DNA of 32,000 nt from Sedimentisphaera cyanobacteriorum (GCF_001997385.1 NZ_CP019633.1:690001-722000), one strand, 5' to 3'. Numbered from the stretch's first letter, positions 18,658 through 27,558 are shown. Notes: generated by a model from the sequence alone, not told the origin. Made by a program: numbers and translations.

Positions 18658-19968
18658 ATGCAGATAAACTTCTGGAATAAGCAGATCGAAACAGCGAGTC
18701 GGGATGAGATAAATGATATTCAGCTCAGAAGGCTCAAAAATATTGTCAAGCAGGCGTATAAATCAGAATTCTACAAAAAGAAGTTTCACAAGGCGGGGAT
18801 AGAAAGTCCCGAAGATATAAAAACCCTTGAGGATATTCAGAAATTTCCCTTTACTACAAAAAACGATTTGAGGCAGAACTACCCTGCCGGCCTGCTCGCT
18901 TCCGATTTTGATGATGTTGTGAGGATACATTCCTCCAGCGGGACTACAGGCGTTCCAACAGTGATTTATCTCTCCGGCGAGGATATGGACTGCTGGACTG
19001 ACCTTGTTGCGAGGAGCCTCGTTGCAACCGGCTGCACAAAGAGCGACGTGTTTCAGAATATGATGACTTACGGCCTCTTTACAGGCGGTTTAGGCCTTCA
19101 TTACGGTGCAGAGAGAGTTGGGATGGCGGTTCTCCCGATAGGAGGGGGGAATACGATTCGGCAGGTTAGATATATGCAGGATTTCAATACTACAACTCTG
19201 CACATTACACCCAGCTACCTTCTTCATATTTATGGAAAGCTCGACGATTTTAATACGAAGATAGAAGATTTGAGCTTAAAGCGGGCTATAACAGGCGCAG
19301 AGCCCCATACCGAGCAGACAAGGAAAAAACTTGAAGAGCTTTACAATATGCCCTGCTACAATTCCTACGGACTCAGCGAGATGAACGGTCCGGGAGTAGC
19401 TTTTGAATGCGTTTACAGAAACGGGATGCATATATGGGAAGACGGCTTCATCGCTGAAATAATCAATCCAGAAACAGGCGAAGTGCTTCCGGACGGCGAG
19501 AAAGGCGAGCTGGTTCTCACAAACCTAACCAGAACAGCTATGCCTCTTCTTAGATACAGAACCAGAGATTTATGCCACATATACGATTCAGACTGTCCCT
19601 GCGGGAGAACTCACCGAAGGCTTTCCCGTATTATGGGAAGAACTGACGATATGATGATAATTAACGGCGTAAACGTGTTCCCGTCTCAGATAGAGGAAGT
19701 TGTTATGAATATCCCGGAGGTTGGAACGAACTATCAGATTGTGCTCACCAAAAAGGGAGCGATAGACAAGCTCATTGTAAAGGTTGAGATCTATTCAAAG
19801 ATGTTCAGCGGAGATGCTTCTCAGCTGGACAGCCTGAACAGAAAAATTTGCGAGGAGCTCAAGGCGTCGATATTTGTTAATCCCGTGGTTCAAATACACG
19901 AACCCGGCACCCTGCCGACTTTTGAAGGCAAGGCAAAGCGGGTGATTGATATGCGGGAAGAAATTTAG
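18658..19968 (+). CDS. paaK: Phenylacetate-CoA ligase family adenylate-forming enzyme
   Basis: AMP-binding loop SSGTTGVPTV. Size (436 aa) and overall pattern match PaaK / coenzyme F390-synthetase-like ligases. The conserved partner ACT gene follows. Confidence 0.85.
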   Translation: MQINFWNKQIETASRDEINDIQLRRLKNIVKQAYKSEFYKKKFHKAGIESPEDIKTLEDIQKFPFTTKNDLRQNYPAGLLASDFDDVVRIHSSSGTTGVPTVIYLSGEDMDCWTDLVARSLVATGCTKSDVFQNMMTYGLFTGGLGLHYGAERVGMAVLPIGGGNTIRQVRYMQDFNTTTLHITPSYLLHIYGKLDDFNTKIEDLSLKRAITGAEPHTEQTRKKLEELYNMPCYNSYGLSEMNGPGVAFECVYRNGMHIWEDGFIAEIINPETGEVLPDGEKGELVLTNLTRTAMPLLRYRTRDLCHIYDSDCPCGRTHRRLSRIMGRTDDMMIINGVNVFPSQIEEVVMNIPEVGTNYQIVLTKKGAIDKLIVKVEIYSKMFSGDASQLDSLNRKICEELKASIFVNPVVQIHEPGTLPTFEGKAKRVIDMREEI

Positions 19969-19983
19969 ATTGGAGCTTTAATT

Positions 19984-20418
19984 ATGATAAAGCAGCTTAA
20001 TGTGTTCGTGGAAAACAGGCCGGGCAGAGTTTACAGTGTTACTGATATTCTCACGGAAAATGAAATCGATATAAAGGCCTTTACAGTGCAGGACAGAGGC
20101 GAGTACGGCCTTATTAAGATGATAGTTGATAAACCCGATGAGGCGAGGCTCGCGCTCTCTGAGAGGGGGTTTGCCTGTGCACTGAAAGATATAACTGCTG
20201 TAAGCGTTCCCGACAGCCCGGGAAACCTCAAGCGGCTGACACTGATTATGAATGAGAATGATGTAAACATAGCCGACGTATTCGGATTTGTTGTACAGCC
20301 GGGTAATCTTGGCGTGTGCTGCATGGAAATACACGATACACTCAAGCAGGCAGCAGTGGACAACCTTAAAAAAGAGGGCTTCAAACTGCTTGACAGCTCA
20401 GATTTTACAGACCTTTGA
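19984..20418 (+). CDS. ACT-domain protein (tandem ACT), the usual partner of PaaK-type ligases
   Basis: [33 protein letters not shown] is followed by a second ACT-like half ([27 protein letters not shown]). The start lies 15 nt after the paaK stop, with GGAG upstream. Confidence 0.75.
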   Translation: MIKQLNVFVENRPGRVYSVTDILTENEIDIKAFTVQDRGEYGLIKMIVDKPDEARLALSERGFACALKDITAVSVPDSPGNLKRLTLIMNENDVNIADVFGFVVQPGNLGVCCMEIHDTLKQAAVDNLKKEGFKLLDSSDFTDL

Positions 20419-20431
20419 CAGAAATATATTA

Positions 20432-21649
20432 ATGGAAAATACGAAGTTAAATACTATAGAAGAAGCAGCAGAAGACCTTCGAAGCGGGAAGATGGTCGTT
20501 TTAGTTGACGATGAAGACCGCGAAAATGAAGGCGATCTGGTATGTGCAGCAGAGCATATCACACCTGAGATTGTGAACTTTATGGCATCCAAAGGCAGGG
20601 GGCTTATATGTGTGCCCCTGGAGGCTGAGAGATGCGAGAAACTAGGGCTTCACCCTCAGTCTCTGGTAAACACAGCTTCGCTTGGCACTGCCTTCACTGT
20701 AAGTGTAGATGCTAAAAAGGGTATAACAACCGGAGTGAGTGCATACGACAGGGCTAAAACTATACAGGTTCTTGCTGATGATAAAGCAAAGCCTTACGAC
20801 CTTGCAAGGCCCGGTCATATATTCCCCCTCAGGTCCAAGGAAGGGGGCGTTCTTACCCGCGAAGGCCAGACTGAAGGGGCTGTTGACCTTGCGAGAATTG
20901 CAGGGCTTAAGCCGGCAGGGGTAATCTGTGAGATAATGAACGATGACGGTACGATGAAACGCTTCCCTGATCTGGTAGAATTTTGCAGAGAATATGGGCT
21001 GAAGATGACCTCTGTTGCGAATATTATAGAATACAGGATGCAGAAGGAAACTCAGGTTCGAAGGATGCAGGCAGTGTCTATGCCTACAGATTTCGGCGAA
21101 TTTGAGCTTGTTGGGTATGAGAGCCTTGGTTCAACAGAGCCTCACATTGCCCTTTGCAAGGGAGATTTGACAACTGACGAGCCTGTTCTTATCAGAATGC
21201 ACTCGGAATGCATGACAGGCGATCTGTTCCATTCTAAACGATGCGAATGCGGCAAGCAGATGGAGAAAGCCCTTGAGATGATTCAGAAAGAGGGCAGGGG
21301 CGTTTTCGTGTATCTGCGTCAGGAAGGAAGAGGTATAGGCCTTGCCAATAAGCTAAAGGCCTATAAGCTCCAGGAAGACGGTCTGGACACTTATGATGCA
21401 AATGTCGAGCTGGGATTTGCTCCCGACAAGCGTGATTACGGTATAGGCGCACAAATACTTCGCGATCTGGGCGTCAGCAAGGTAAAAATCCTGACCAACA
21501 ACCCAAAAAAAATCGAGAGACTCAAGGTTTACGGGATTGAGGTTGTAAAGCAGATGCCAATAGAGATGAAGCCCTGCGAGTACAACGTTAATTACTTAAG
21601 AACAAAAAAGCACCGTTTCGGACATTTGCTTAAAGGCGAGGATCTGTAA
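20432..21649 (+). CDS. ribBA: Bifunctional 3,4-dihydroxy-2-butanone-4-phosphate synthase / GTP cyclohydrolase II
   Basis: DHBP synthase motif [12 protein letters not shown] and GTP cyclohydrolase II zinc motif [18 protein letters not shown]. The real start is ATG 20432 ([12 protein letters not shown]). The track's 20288 start would overlap the ACT gene. Confidence 0.92.
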   Translation: MENTKLNTIEEAAEDLRSGKMVVLVDDEDRENEGDLVCAAEHITPEIVNFMASKGRGLICVPLEAERCEKLGLHPQSLVNTASLGTAFTVSVDAKKGITTGVSAYDRAKTIQVLADDKAKPYDLARPGHIFPLRSKEGGVLTREGQTEGAVDLARIAGLKPAGVICEIMNDDGTMKRFPDLVEFCREYGLKMTSVANIIEYRMQKETQVRRMQAVSMPTDFGEFELVGYESLGSTEPHIALCKGDLTTDEPVLIRMHSECMTGDLFHSKRCECGKQMEKALEMIQKEGRGVFVYLRQEGRGIGLANKLKAYKLQEDGLDTYDANVELGFAPDKRDYGIGAQILRDLGVSKVKILTNNPKKIERLKVYGIEVVKQMPIEMKPCEYNVNYLRTKKHRFGHLLKGEDL

Positions 21650-22138
21650 TTGACTAAGCTCCTTGTTTGCATATTGATTTTTACAGGCGGCTGCGGCGTG
21701 ATTACGCAGTCTCGGAGCCTTGAGGATTGCAGGCAGAGCTGCGAGAACCAATACGCAGGCTTTGAGCCTTCCGGCATAAAGGTTTCTCCGCTTTCGTCAG
21801 CTTCAAAAGTTTCCGGCGGCTTTGAATTAAATATATACATAGAGCTGGAAGACAGTTACGGATCAAATGTCAAGCATCCTGGAATATTTAGGATAGAGGC
21901 ATACAGGCCTAAAAAGCTTTCTGCTGTTTCAAAAGCAGAGAGGATATTTAAGTGGGATGATATAAAGGCCTTTTCAGCAAAGAATAACAACAGTTATTGG
22001 CGGGATATGATGCGGTCTTACTCATTCAATCTCAAAATGCCCGAGACAAACTCTTCACTAAAAGAGTGCCTCATAGAGGTTACTTTTATTTCCGAAACCG
22101 GTATGCTGAATACACAGAAGATTTTGCAGATTGATTAA
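21650..22138 (+). CDS. Small lipoprotein, function unknown
   Basis: TTG start immediately after the ribBA TAA. MTKLLVCILIFTGGC-G signal peptide with lipobox. Confidence 0.55.
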   Translation: MTKLLVCILIFTGGCGVITQSRSLEDCRQSCENQYAGFEPSGIKVSPLSSASKVSGGFELNIYIELEDSYGSNVKHPGIFRIEAYRPKKLSAVSKAERIFKWDDIKAFSAKNNNSYWRDMMRSYSFNLKMPETNSSLKECLIEVTFISETGMLNTQKILQID

Positions 22139-22727
22139 AGTGCGGAATAATTTTGAAGACAGCGACCTGCTTGTGCGCTACCGTGAGGGCGATAATGATG
22201 CCTTGGGAGAGCTGATTCAAAAATATCAGTCCAGACTCTACACAACCCTGCTGAAAATTTGCCAAAACCACGACGATGCTATGGAACTTTGTTCCGATGC
22301 GTTTGTCAAAGCTGTAGAAAACATTGACAATTTCAAGGCCGAAAGCAGTTTTTATACTTGGCTTTTCAGGATAGCTGTTAATCAGGCGTTGAATTTTGTG
22401 AAGCGAAAGAGGCTTGTGTCTTTCAGCTCAGCAGAAACCTCGGGCGGAAGCGAGGACGAGCCGACAAGGTTAGATTTTGCTTCAAAACAGGCATCTATGC
22501 CGATTGATGAGCTTCTTGAAGACGAGAGAAAACAGGTGCTTTGGCAGGCAGTGGAAAGCCTTGAGCTGAATCATAAAACTATGATATTGCTTAGAGATAT
22601 CGACCAGATGAGCTACAAGCAGATAGCCGAAATTCTGGGAATAACTCAGGGCACGGTTAAAAGCAGGATCTACAGAGCCAGAGAAGCACTGAGGTTAAAG
22701 CTTATGCCGTATTTTGAGGGTGAATGA
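22131..22727 (+). CDS. ECF-type RNA polymerase sigma factor (sigma-70 family, regions 2 and 4)
   Basis: Region 2: DAMELCSDAFVKAVENIDNFKAESSFYTWLFRIAVNQALNF. Region 4: ILLRDIDQMSYKQIAEILGITQGTVKSRIYRAREAL. Start is TTG 22131 (8-nt overlap with the lipoprotein gene) or GTG 22140. Confidence 0.88.
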   Translation: MIKVRNNFEDSDLLVRYREGDNDALGELIQKYQSRLYTTLLKICQNHDDAMELCSDAFVKAVENIDNFKAESSFYTWLFRIAVNQALNFVKRKRLVSFSSAETSGGSEDEPTRLDFASKQASMPIDELLEDERKQVLWQAVESLELNHKTMILLRDIDQMSYKQIAEILGITQGTVKSRIYRAREALRLKLMPYFEGE

Positions 22728-23605
22728 AAATGAGTGAAACCCAAAGATTAATAACCCAATATGTTGACCGATGCGTTTCTGATGAAGAGGCTGCAGAGCT
22801 CGAGGCGATGATGTCTCGTTCACCCGAGCTAAGACGTGCTGTACACCAGCAGATAAAAATCAGCAGGATGATTTCTGAGATTGAAAAAACAGAGCCTTCC
22901 AGTGATATGCAAAGCCTTGTAGAAAAGAAGCTCGCCTCAAGGAAGAGAAAGAGGGTTTATCTCTTCAGGGTCGCTGGCGCAGCAGCAGTTTTTGCCGTTG
23001 CAGCAGTTTTTACGGCTGTCTGGAGCCCTTTGAATACAGAACCTAAGCCTAAAAATGCTGCCCGAAGCTTTGCTGTCAGGAGCTTAACCGATGATAGAAG
23101 TGCTAATATTCCTCCCGCTAGGGGTATAGAAGATTTTATGGTCTCTTGCAGAGTGGTGTTGAGGGATAAAAATCCAGTGCTTTCCAAAAAGCTCTTATCC
23201 CAGATTCTCTACAACAGATCGCTATTGGAATCAGCTTCTTCAGGAAATAAAAGCGTTAAGTTTGATTCGGATTTGAAGGCGCTTTCATTAGTTCTCAGCG
23301 ATCTTTCAAAGGCTTCAGATTCTAACTGTAAATTCACGCTTAAGAACTTCTCAACAGGTGAGCAGATTGAATTAAATAATTCGAGCTTTAAGCAGGCAGC
23401 GGAAATCCTTGCTGAAGCAGACTGGCAGAAAGCGAGAAATCTTGCTGAGACGTTTGATATTCAAAACAGTTTTCGCCTGCCTGGAACAGACAAATCCGAG
23501 CAGTCAATGAATTTTATTGAGCCTTCTATAGCATCCTCAAAGGCCAAGCAGGATTCTGCCGGGTCGGGCGGGATCAGTGTGTGTATTGAATTTGGCGGAA
23601 TTTAG
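22724..23605 (+). CDS. Putative single-pass anti-sigma factor
   Basis: ATGA start/stop overlap with the sigma gene (22724-22727). Short cytoplasmic N-domain, one TM helice (VYLFRVAGAAAVFAVAAVFTAVW), and a ~190-aa extracytoplasmic domain with no motif I recognise. Confidence 0.6.
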   Translation: MKMSETQRLITQYVDRCVSDEEAAELEAMMSRSPELRRAVHQQIKISRMISEIEKTEPSSDMQSLVEKKLASRKRKRVYLFRVAGAAAVFAVAAVFTAVWSPLNTEPKPKNAARSFAVRSLTDDRSANIPPARGIEDFMVSCRVVLRDKNPVLSKKLLSQILYNRSLLESASSGNKSVKFDSDLKALSLVLSDLSKASDSNCKFTLKNFSTGEQIELNNSSFKQAAEILAEADWQKARNLAETFDIQNSFRLPGTDKSEQSMNFIEPSIASSKAKQDSAGSGGISVCIEFGGI

Positions 23606-23782
23606 CCTGAATTTATTTTATTTAAGGCCAACTTTTTGCCGACTTAGGGCGTATTAGGCAGTGTTGAATCAATATTTTTGCAAACCTTTGATAATATTTA
23701 AATATTTGGCTTGCTAAAATTTGTTTTTAATGTTAGATTTAAAATATGTTAAGAAATTTTAGTTACATATAAGGGTGAGAAA

Positions 23783-24106
23783 ATGGAATATGTTCTCGGT
23801 TTTATAAATTTTGGTCCTCAAGAGCTGATTATTATTTTAATAATTGCTGTGCTCATCTTTGGCAAGAGGCTTCCTGAAATTGCACGCGGTATGGGAAAAA
23901 GCGTTAATGAGTTCAAGGAAGGTCTGAAGGAAACCAAAGAACAGATATCTGAAGACATTGATACTGATGAGATTGAGTCTGAGATAAGAGATGTTGAGGG
24001 GCAGGTAAAAAGAAACGATAACAGTTACTCTGATTCCGACTCTGAGTCCTCAGACCAGAGAGAAGATTACTCAGCTAATCAGGAGCAGGATAAAGAGCAG
24101 GCTTAA
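23783..24106 (+). CDS. tatA: Twin-arginine translocase subunit TatA/E with a long acidic tail
   Basis: FGPQELIIILIIAVLIFGKRLPEIARGMGKSVNEFKEG is the canonical TatA TM plus amphipathic helix. AGGGTGAG lies upstream of the ATG. Confidence 0.88.
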   Translation: MEYVLGFINFGPQELIIILIIAVLIFGKRLPEIARGMGKSVNEFKEGLKETKEQISEDIDTDEIESEIRDVEGQVKRNDNSYSDSDSESSDQREDYSANQEQDKEQA

Positions 24107-24135
24107 TTCGTTTTTTAGGCAAATTGAGATATTTT

Positions 24136-24168
24136 AGGCAGCCTGTTTGTAAGGTTGCCTATTTTTTT
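24136..24168 (+). terminator. Rho-independent terminator after tatA
   Basis: AGGCAGCC (24136-24143) pairs with GGTTGCCT (24153-24160), including one G-U pair, followed by A + T7 (24162-24168). Confidence 0.6.
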
Positions 24169-24176
24169 AAATTTAT

Positions 24177-24629
24177 ATGATTATACGCAAGGCCAAAATT
24201 TCCGATGCAGAGGGCATTCATAAGCTCATAAGGCATCATGCAGAGCTTGACAGGATGCTTTTCAGGTCTCTTTCGCGGGTTTATGAAGATATTATGAGCT
24301 TTGTCGTGGCAGAGGAGCAAGGAATAATTGCAGGCTGCGGAGCACTTTCAGTTATTTCAAAAGACCTTGCAGAGATTAAGAGCCTCGCTGTAGATAAAAG
24401 GTTTGCCCGCAAAGGGTTAGGAAAGGCTATAGTGCAGCAGCATTTGAAGATTGCCAAAGACCTCGGGCTCAAAACTGTTTTTGCACTTACTTTGGAAGAA
24501 AAATTCTTTCTTAAATGCGGATTTGAAAAGATTGAAAAAAACAGGCTTCCTATGAAAGTTTGGAGCGACTGTGCTAATTGTCCAAAACAAGACAATTGCG
24601 ACGAGATTGCGGTAGTTAAGTCGGTGTAA
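24177..24629 (+). CDS. GNAT-family N-acetyltransferase (short amino-acid N-acetyltransferase / ArgA-like type)
   Basis: Acetyl-CoA-binding region LAVDKRFARKGLGKAIV in a GNAT fold of 150 aa. C-terminal Cys cluster WSDCANCPKQDNCDE. Confidence 0.75.
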   Translation: MIIRKAKISDAEGIHKLIRHHAELDRMLFRSLSRVYEDIMSFVVAEEQGIIAGCGALSVISKDLAEIKSLAVDKRFARKGLGKAIVQQHLKIAKDLGLKTVFALTLEEKFFLKCGFEKIEKNRLPMKVWSDCANCPKQDNCDEIAVVKSV

Positions 24630-24631
24630 AA

Positions 24632-25477
24632 ATGCCCGAAAGCTTGAAAAAAGTTTCTATTATTGGAGCAGGCCTTATAGGCGGGGCCGTAGGAAGAACG
24701 ATAAAAAACCGTCTCAAGGGGTGCAGGGTATCTTTCTATGATAAATCCGGAGCAAATGCGGCCAAGGCAGTAAAGCTCGGATTTGCAGATGAGTATGCTG
24801 GAGAAGTGAAAGACTGCATTGAAGGAGCAGAACTTATTATCGCAGCTGCTCCCGTAGGATCTTTTAAGTCTATTTTCAGCAAAATATCTCAATTAACTGA
24901 CCAAAACTCCATTGTTACCGACGTCGGCTCCACAAAAGTGATTGTTTCAGAATGGGCAGAAGAGATACTTGGCAAAGGTGTGTTTATAGGCTCTCATCCA
25001 ATTGCGGGCTCTGAGAAATCCGGCATTGACAACGCCTCAGATGTCCGCCTTGAAAGCGCAAGATGCATTATTACCCCTTGCGTTTCGGCGTCTGAGGAAA
25101 AAATCTCGTTTCTGAGTGATTTCTGGCAGTCTTTAGGAATGCAGACATCCATTATGACTGCTGCCCGCCACGACAGTATATACGCTGTTTTGAGCCATCT
25201 TCCTCATGCCGCTGCGGCTGCTATGGTGCTCTCCACTCCCCAAGAATTTATCAAGTATGCCGGAAAGGGCTTCCGCGATACTACCAGAATTGCTGAGGGA
25301 GATTCCGATATCTGGACAGATATCTTTATGACAAACTCCGAAAATATGCTTAACTGCCTCGATGGAATTATAGAAAAGCTGGAAAAATTGAAGTTTTTCA
25401 TTTCAAATAACTACCTTTCAGAGCTGCGTGAATTCTTTGAAGAAGCGAGGGAGTACAGAAAAAAAATTGATAAATAA
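24632..25477 (+). CDS. tyrA: Prephenate (arogenate) dehydrogenase
   Basis: Rossmann motif VSIIGAGLIGGAVG, catalytic region GSHPIAGSEKSG, and HD..YAVLSHLPH. Starts 2 nt after the GNAT stop. Confidence 0.88.
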   Translation: MPESLKKVSIIGAGLIGGAVGRTIKNRLKGCRVSFYDKSGANAAKAVKLGFADEYAGEVKDCIEGAELIIAAAPVGSFKSIFSKISQLTDQNSIVTDVGSTKVIVSEWAEEILGKGVFIGSHPIAGSEKSGIDNASDVRLESARCIITPCVSASEEKISFLSDFWQSLGMQTSIMTAARHDSIYAVLSHLPHAAAAAMVLSTPQEFIKYAGKGFRDTTRIAEGDSDIWTDIFMTNSENMLNCLDGIIEKLEKLKFFISNNYLSELREFFEEAREYRKKIDK

Positions 25478-25499
25478 TTTGATTTTAATTAATTTATCC

Positions 25500-25528
25500 T
25501 TGATATTGCAATTTCAACACCTTAGAAT
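25500..25528 (+). promoter_or_regulatory. Candidate sigma-70-type promoter in the tyrA/MFS spacer
   Basis: TTGATA (25500-25505), exactly 17 nt of spacer, then TAGAAT (25523-25528). Confidence 0.4.
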
Positions 25529-25535
25529 ACACTGC

Positions 25536-25654
25536 TGGATAGTAAAGCTAACAAAAAACCTACTACTCCTCTAAAACATTTTGACCTCCTCCTCCTTAAC
25601 AACCAGCTTTGCCTCAAAAGCTGGGGGCGGTGTCCAACGACACCGCTCTTTTTT
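25536..25654 (+). ncRNA. Candidate small RNA or 5' leader/attenuator of the MFS gene (unclassified)
   Basis: About 120 nt between the candidate promoter and a strong terminator. CU-rich tract CCTCCTCCTCCTT (25585-25597). Perfect 8-bp hairpin: CCAGCTTT (25603-25610) pairs with AAAGCTGG (25617-25624). The terminator hairpin follows. No convincing ORF or SD. Confidence 0.3.
25627..25654 (+). terminator. Rho-independent terminator 46 nt upstream of the MFS start
   Basis: Perfect 8-bp stem: GCGGTGTC (25627-25634) pairs with GACACCGC (25639-25646). CAAC loop, then TC + T6 (25649-25654). Confidence 0.7.
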
Positions 25655-25700
25655 GTGCAATAAAATTTGATAAACTGCGAAAAGATTAGATGGATTTGTT

Positions 25701-27029
25701 TTGAGTACCAGGTTAGTAAACTTCCCTTTTAAGCCTGCTAAGATCCCGTTTTTCTACGGATGGGTAATTGTTGCCGTGTGCGCGTTCGGGGTAGTTATGA
25801 GCGTTCCAGGGCAGACTATAGGCTTCAGTGTCTTCACTGAGCCGCTTAGGGAGGCTGTGGGGCTCTCGAGAAAAGACTTAAGCAAGGCCTATCTGGTTGG
25901 TACTCTTCTCAGCAGTTTTATGCTTCCCTTTGCAGGGAAGATGATAGACAAACTCGGCGGCAGGATAATGGGAACAATCTCTGCTGTTATGCTCGGGCTC
26001 GCCTGCCTTTTGATGAGCCAGATAGACCGTTTTGCAGAATTTGCAGGTCAGTTCGGACTTGCCTTTGCAGCAGTCTGCCTCTGCTTTACTTTTATGCGTT
26101 TCTCAGGCCAGGGCTGCATGACAATGAGCTCCCGCGTTACGATGGCAAGATGGTTCGAGCATAGAAGGGGGCTGACAGCCGCTCTAAGCGGGATTGTAGT
26201 GTCGTTCGGGTTCAATGCTTCGCCAAAGCCTCTCGGGCTTATGGTGGGAAATATTGGCTGGAGCAGCACATATATTGTCTTATCTGTCGCTGTTGGAATC
26301 GGAATGAGCATAATAGCCTTTGTGCTATTTCGAGATAATCCCGAAGAATGCGGCATGCACGTTGACGGCCCTAATTATCTCAAGGCAAGGGAGAAAAGCG
26401 GCGAAGTTGCAGATGAGTACTTTGATTTCAATAGATCGCAGGCTGTGAAAACTCCTGAATTCTGGATATACACTTTTGCCGTGGCATTAAGTGCACTGCT
26501 AACAACTTCCATCTCCTTCCATACTGAGGCTATCGGCTTGGAGGCAGGCCTTACTGCCCAGCAGGCTTTCGGCCTTTATATGCCTATGTCTTTTTTCAGC
26601 GCTTTTTCAAATCTTATCGGGGGCTACTTCAGCGATAAGGTAAAAATGCAAAAGATCCTGTTTATATTTATGGTTGCGATCACCTTTGCAATCATAGGAA
26701 CAGCAAATTGGGACAAACTCTACGGAAGGCTTATGTTTATGGCCGGCTTCGGCACCAGCGGCGGGCTCTTCAATACTCTCAGAACCGTAGCTTGGGCAAG
26801 GTTTTTCGGCAGAAAACATCTCGGGGCAATAAACGGGCTTACCATGTCGATTCTGGTTATCTCAACAGCAGCAGGGCCATGGCTTTTCAGTCTGCTCAAA
26901 GAATTCCTCGGAACCTACAGCAACGTCCTGCTTTCATTTGCAGTTTTCCCTGTTATAATCTTCATATTCGCATTTTTTACAGGCAATCCGCAAGAACGTT
27001 ATGCAGAAAAAGCCAAAACATCAGTTTGA
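25701..27029 (+). CDS. MFS transporter (12-TM type), substrate unknown
   Basis: 442 aa of alternating hydrophobic helices with a central cytoplasmic loop (DNPEECGMHVDGPNYLKAREKSGE). MFS-like loop motif PFAGKMIDKLGGR. The TTG start at 25701 is required to include TM1. Confidence 0.8.
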   Translation: MSTRLVNFPFKPAKIPFFYGWVIVAVCAFGVVMSVPGQTIGFSVFTEPLREAVGLSRKDLSKAYLVGTLLSSFMLPFAGKMIDKLGGRIMGTISAVMLGLACLLMSQIDRFAEFAGQFGLAFAAVCLCFTFMRFSGQGCMTMSSRVTMARWFEHRRGLTAALSGIVVSFGFNASPKPLGLMVGNIGWSSTYIVLSVAVGIGMSIIAFVLFRDNPEECGMHVDGPNYLKAREKSGEVADEYFDFNRSQAVKTPEFWIYTFAVALSALLTTSISFHTEAIGLEAGLTAQQAFGLYMPMSFFSAFSNLIGGYFSDKVKMQKILFIFMVAITFAIIGTANWDKLYGRLMFMAGFGTSGGLFNTLRTVAWARFFGRKHLGAINGLTMSILVISTAAGPWLFSLLKEFLGTYSNVLLSFAVFPVIIFIFAFFTGNPQERYAEKAKTSV

Positions 27030-27513
27030 GCATCAAATTTTCAGGACGGAATTCGGCTGGGCGGGGATAGTAGAATCAGCCGGGATAGTACTGCGGGTTA
27101 TTCTTCCAGCAGAAAGCAGGGAGAAGATTTTGAGCGAGGTTAAACAGTATAAATCTTTTCCCAAAGCACCGGATTACAAGGCTGGTGAAATAATCCATTA
27201 TTTTCAGGGAAGGCAGGCTGATTTCAGCGGATTGAAGATTCAGTTAGATGAGAGCAGATTCTCTGAAGAAATTCTAATGACGGCTGCAAAACTGAACTTA
27301 GGCCAAACCGTGAGCTATTCTCAGCTGGCAGAGATGGCAGGCCATAAAGGAAAGGCAAGAGCTGCCGGCAGGGCGCTTGCGTCTAATCCAATTCCAGTAA
27401 TAATTCCCTGCCACAGAGTTATCAGCAAAGACGGCTCTCCGGGAGGTTTTATGGCAGGCAGCGATAACTCACTTAAGCTTAGAATGCTTAGGCTGGAAGG
27501 GATTGATATTTAG
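27001..27513 (+). CDS. ogt: Methylated-DNA--protein-cysteine methyltransferase (MGMT/Ogt family)
   Basis: Active-site IPCHRVISKDG and helix-turn-helix region SYSQLAEMAGHKGKARAAGRALASNP. Overlaps the MFS 3' end by 29 nt. The TAG stop (27511-27513) coincides with the first bases of IS copy R. Confidence 0.88.
   Translation: MQKKPKHQFEHQIFRTEFGWAGIVESAGIVLRVILPAESREKILSEVKQYKSFPKAPDYKAGEIIHYFQGRQADFSGLKIQLDESRFSEEILMTAAKLNLGQTVSYSQLAEMAGHKGKARAAGRALASNPIPVIIPCHRVISKDGSPGGFMAGSDNSLKLRMLRLEGIDI
27507..27512. repeat. TATTTA hexamer at the inner junction of IS copy R (putative target-site duplication; extends to TATTTAG if the G is counted)
   Basis: Read directly: GATTGA-TATTTA-GTCGTTCC. Confidence 0.5.
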
Positions 27514-27558
27514 TCGTTCCTGAAAAATCAATGATTTTGGGGAAACTAAAAAAATATA

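Noticed and set aside
20288-20431. 48-codon N-terminal extension of ribBA proposed by the ORF track
   Set aside because: It would overlap the ACT gene by 131 nt. The conserved RibB N-terminus begins at ATG 20432 ([12 protein letters not shown]...).
20419-20431. FMN riboswitch upstream of ribBA
   Set aside because: Only 13 nt separate the ACT stop from the ribBA start, so there is no room for an aptamer.
24281-24892. 203-aa - strand ORF spanning the GNAT/tyrA junction
   Set aside because: It is antisense to two well-supported genes, crosses their boundary, and has a Ser/Phe/Cys-rich composition with no motif. It is a shadow ORF.
18412-27510. Reading the IS-bounded interior as an accessory, resistance or defence cargo island
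   Set aside because: The contents are biosynthetic and housekeeping genes (ribBA, tyrA, tatA, ECF sigma pair, ogt). They share strand and style with the flanking chromosome, and I saw no integrase, resistance or defence gene.
27510-27513. TTAG (also at 29047-29050) as a classical IS5-type 4-bp YTAR target duplication
   Set aside because: With TTAG as the duplication the element termini become asymmetric (TCGTTCC... versus ATAGTCGCCC...), offset by 3 nt relative to the inverted repeats. The TATTTA(G) reading gives symmetric GTCG/CGAC ends. I cannot formally exclude it without more copies.
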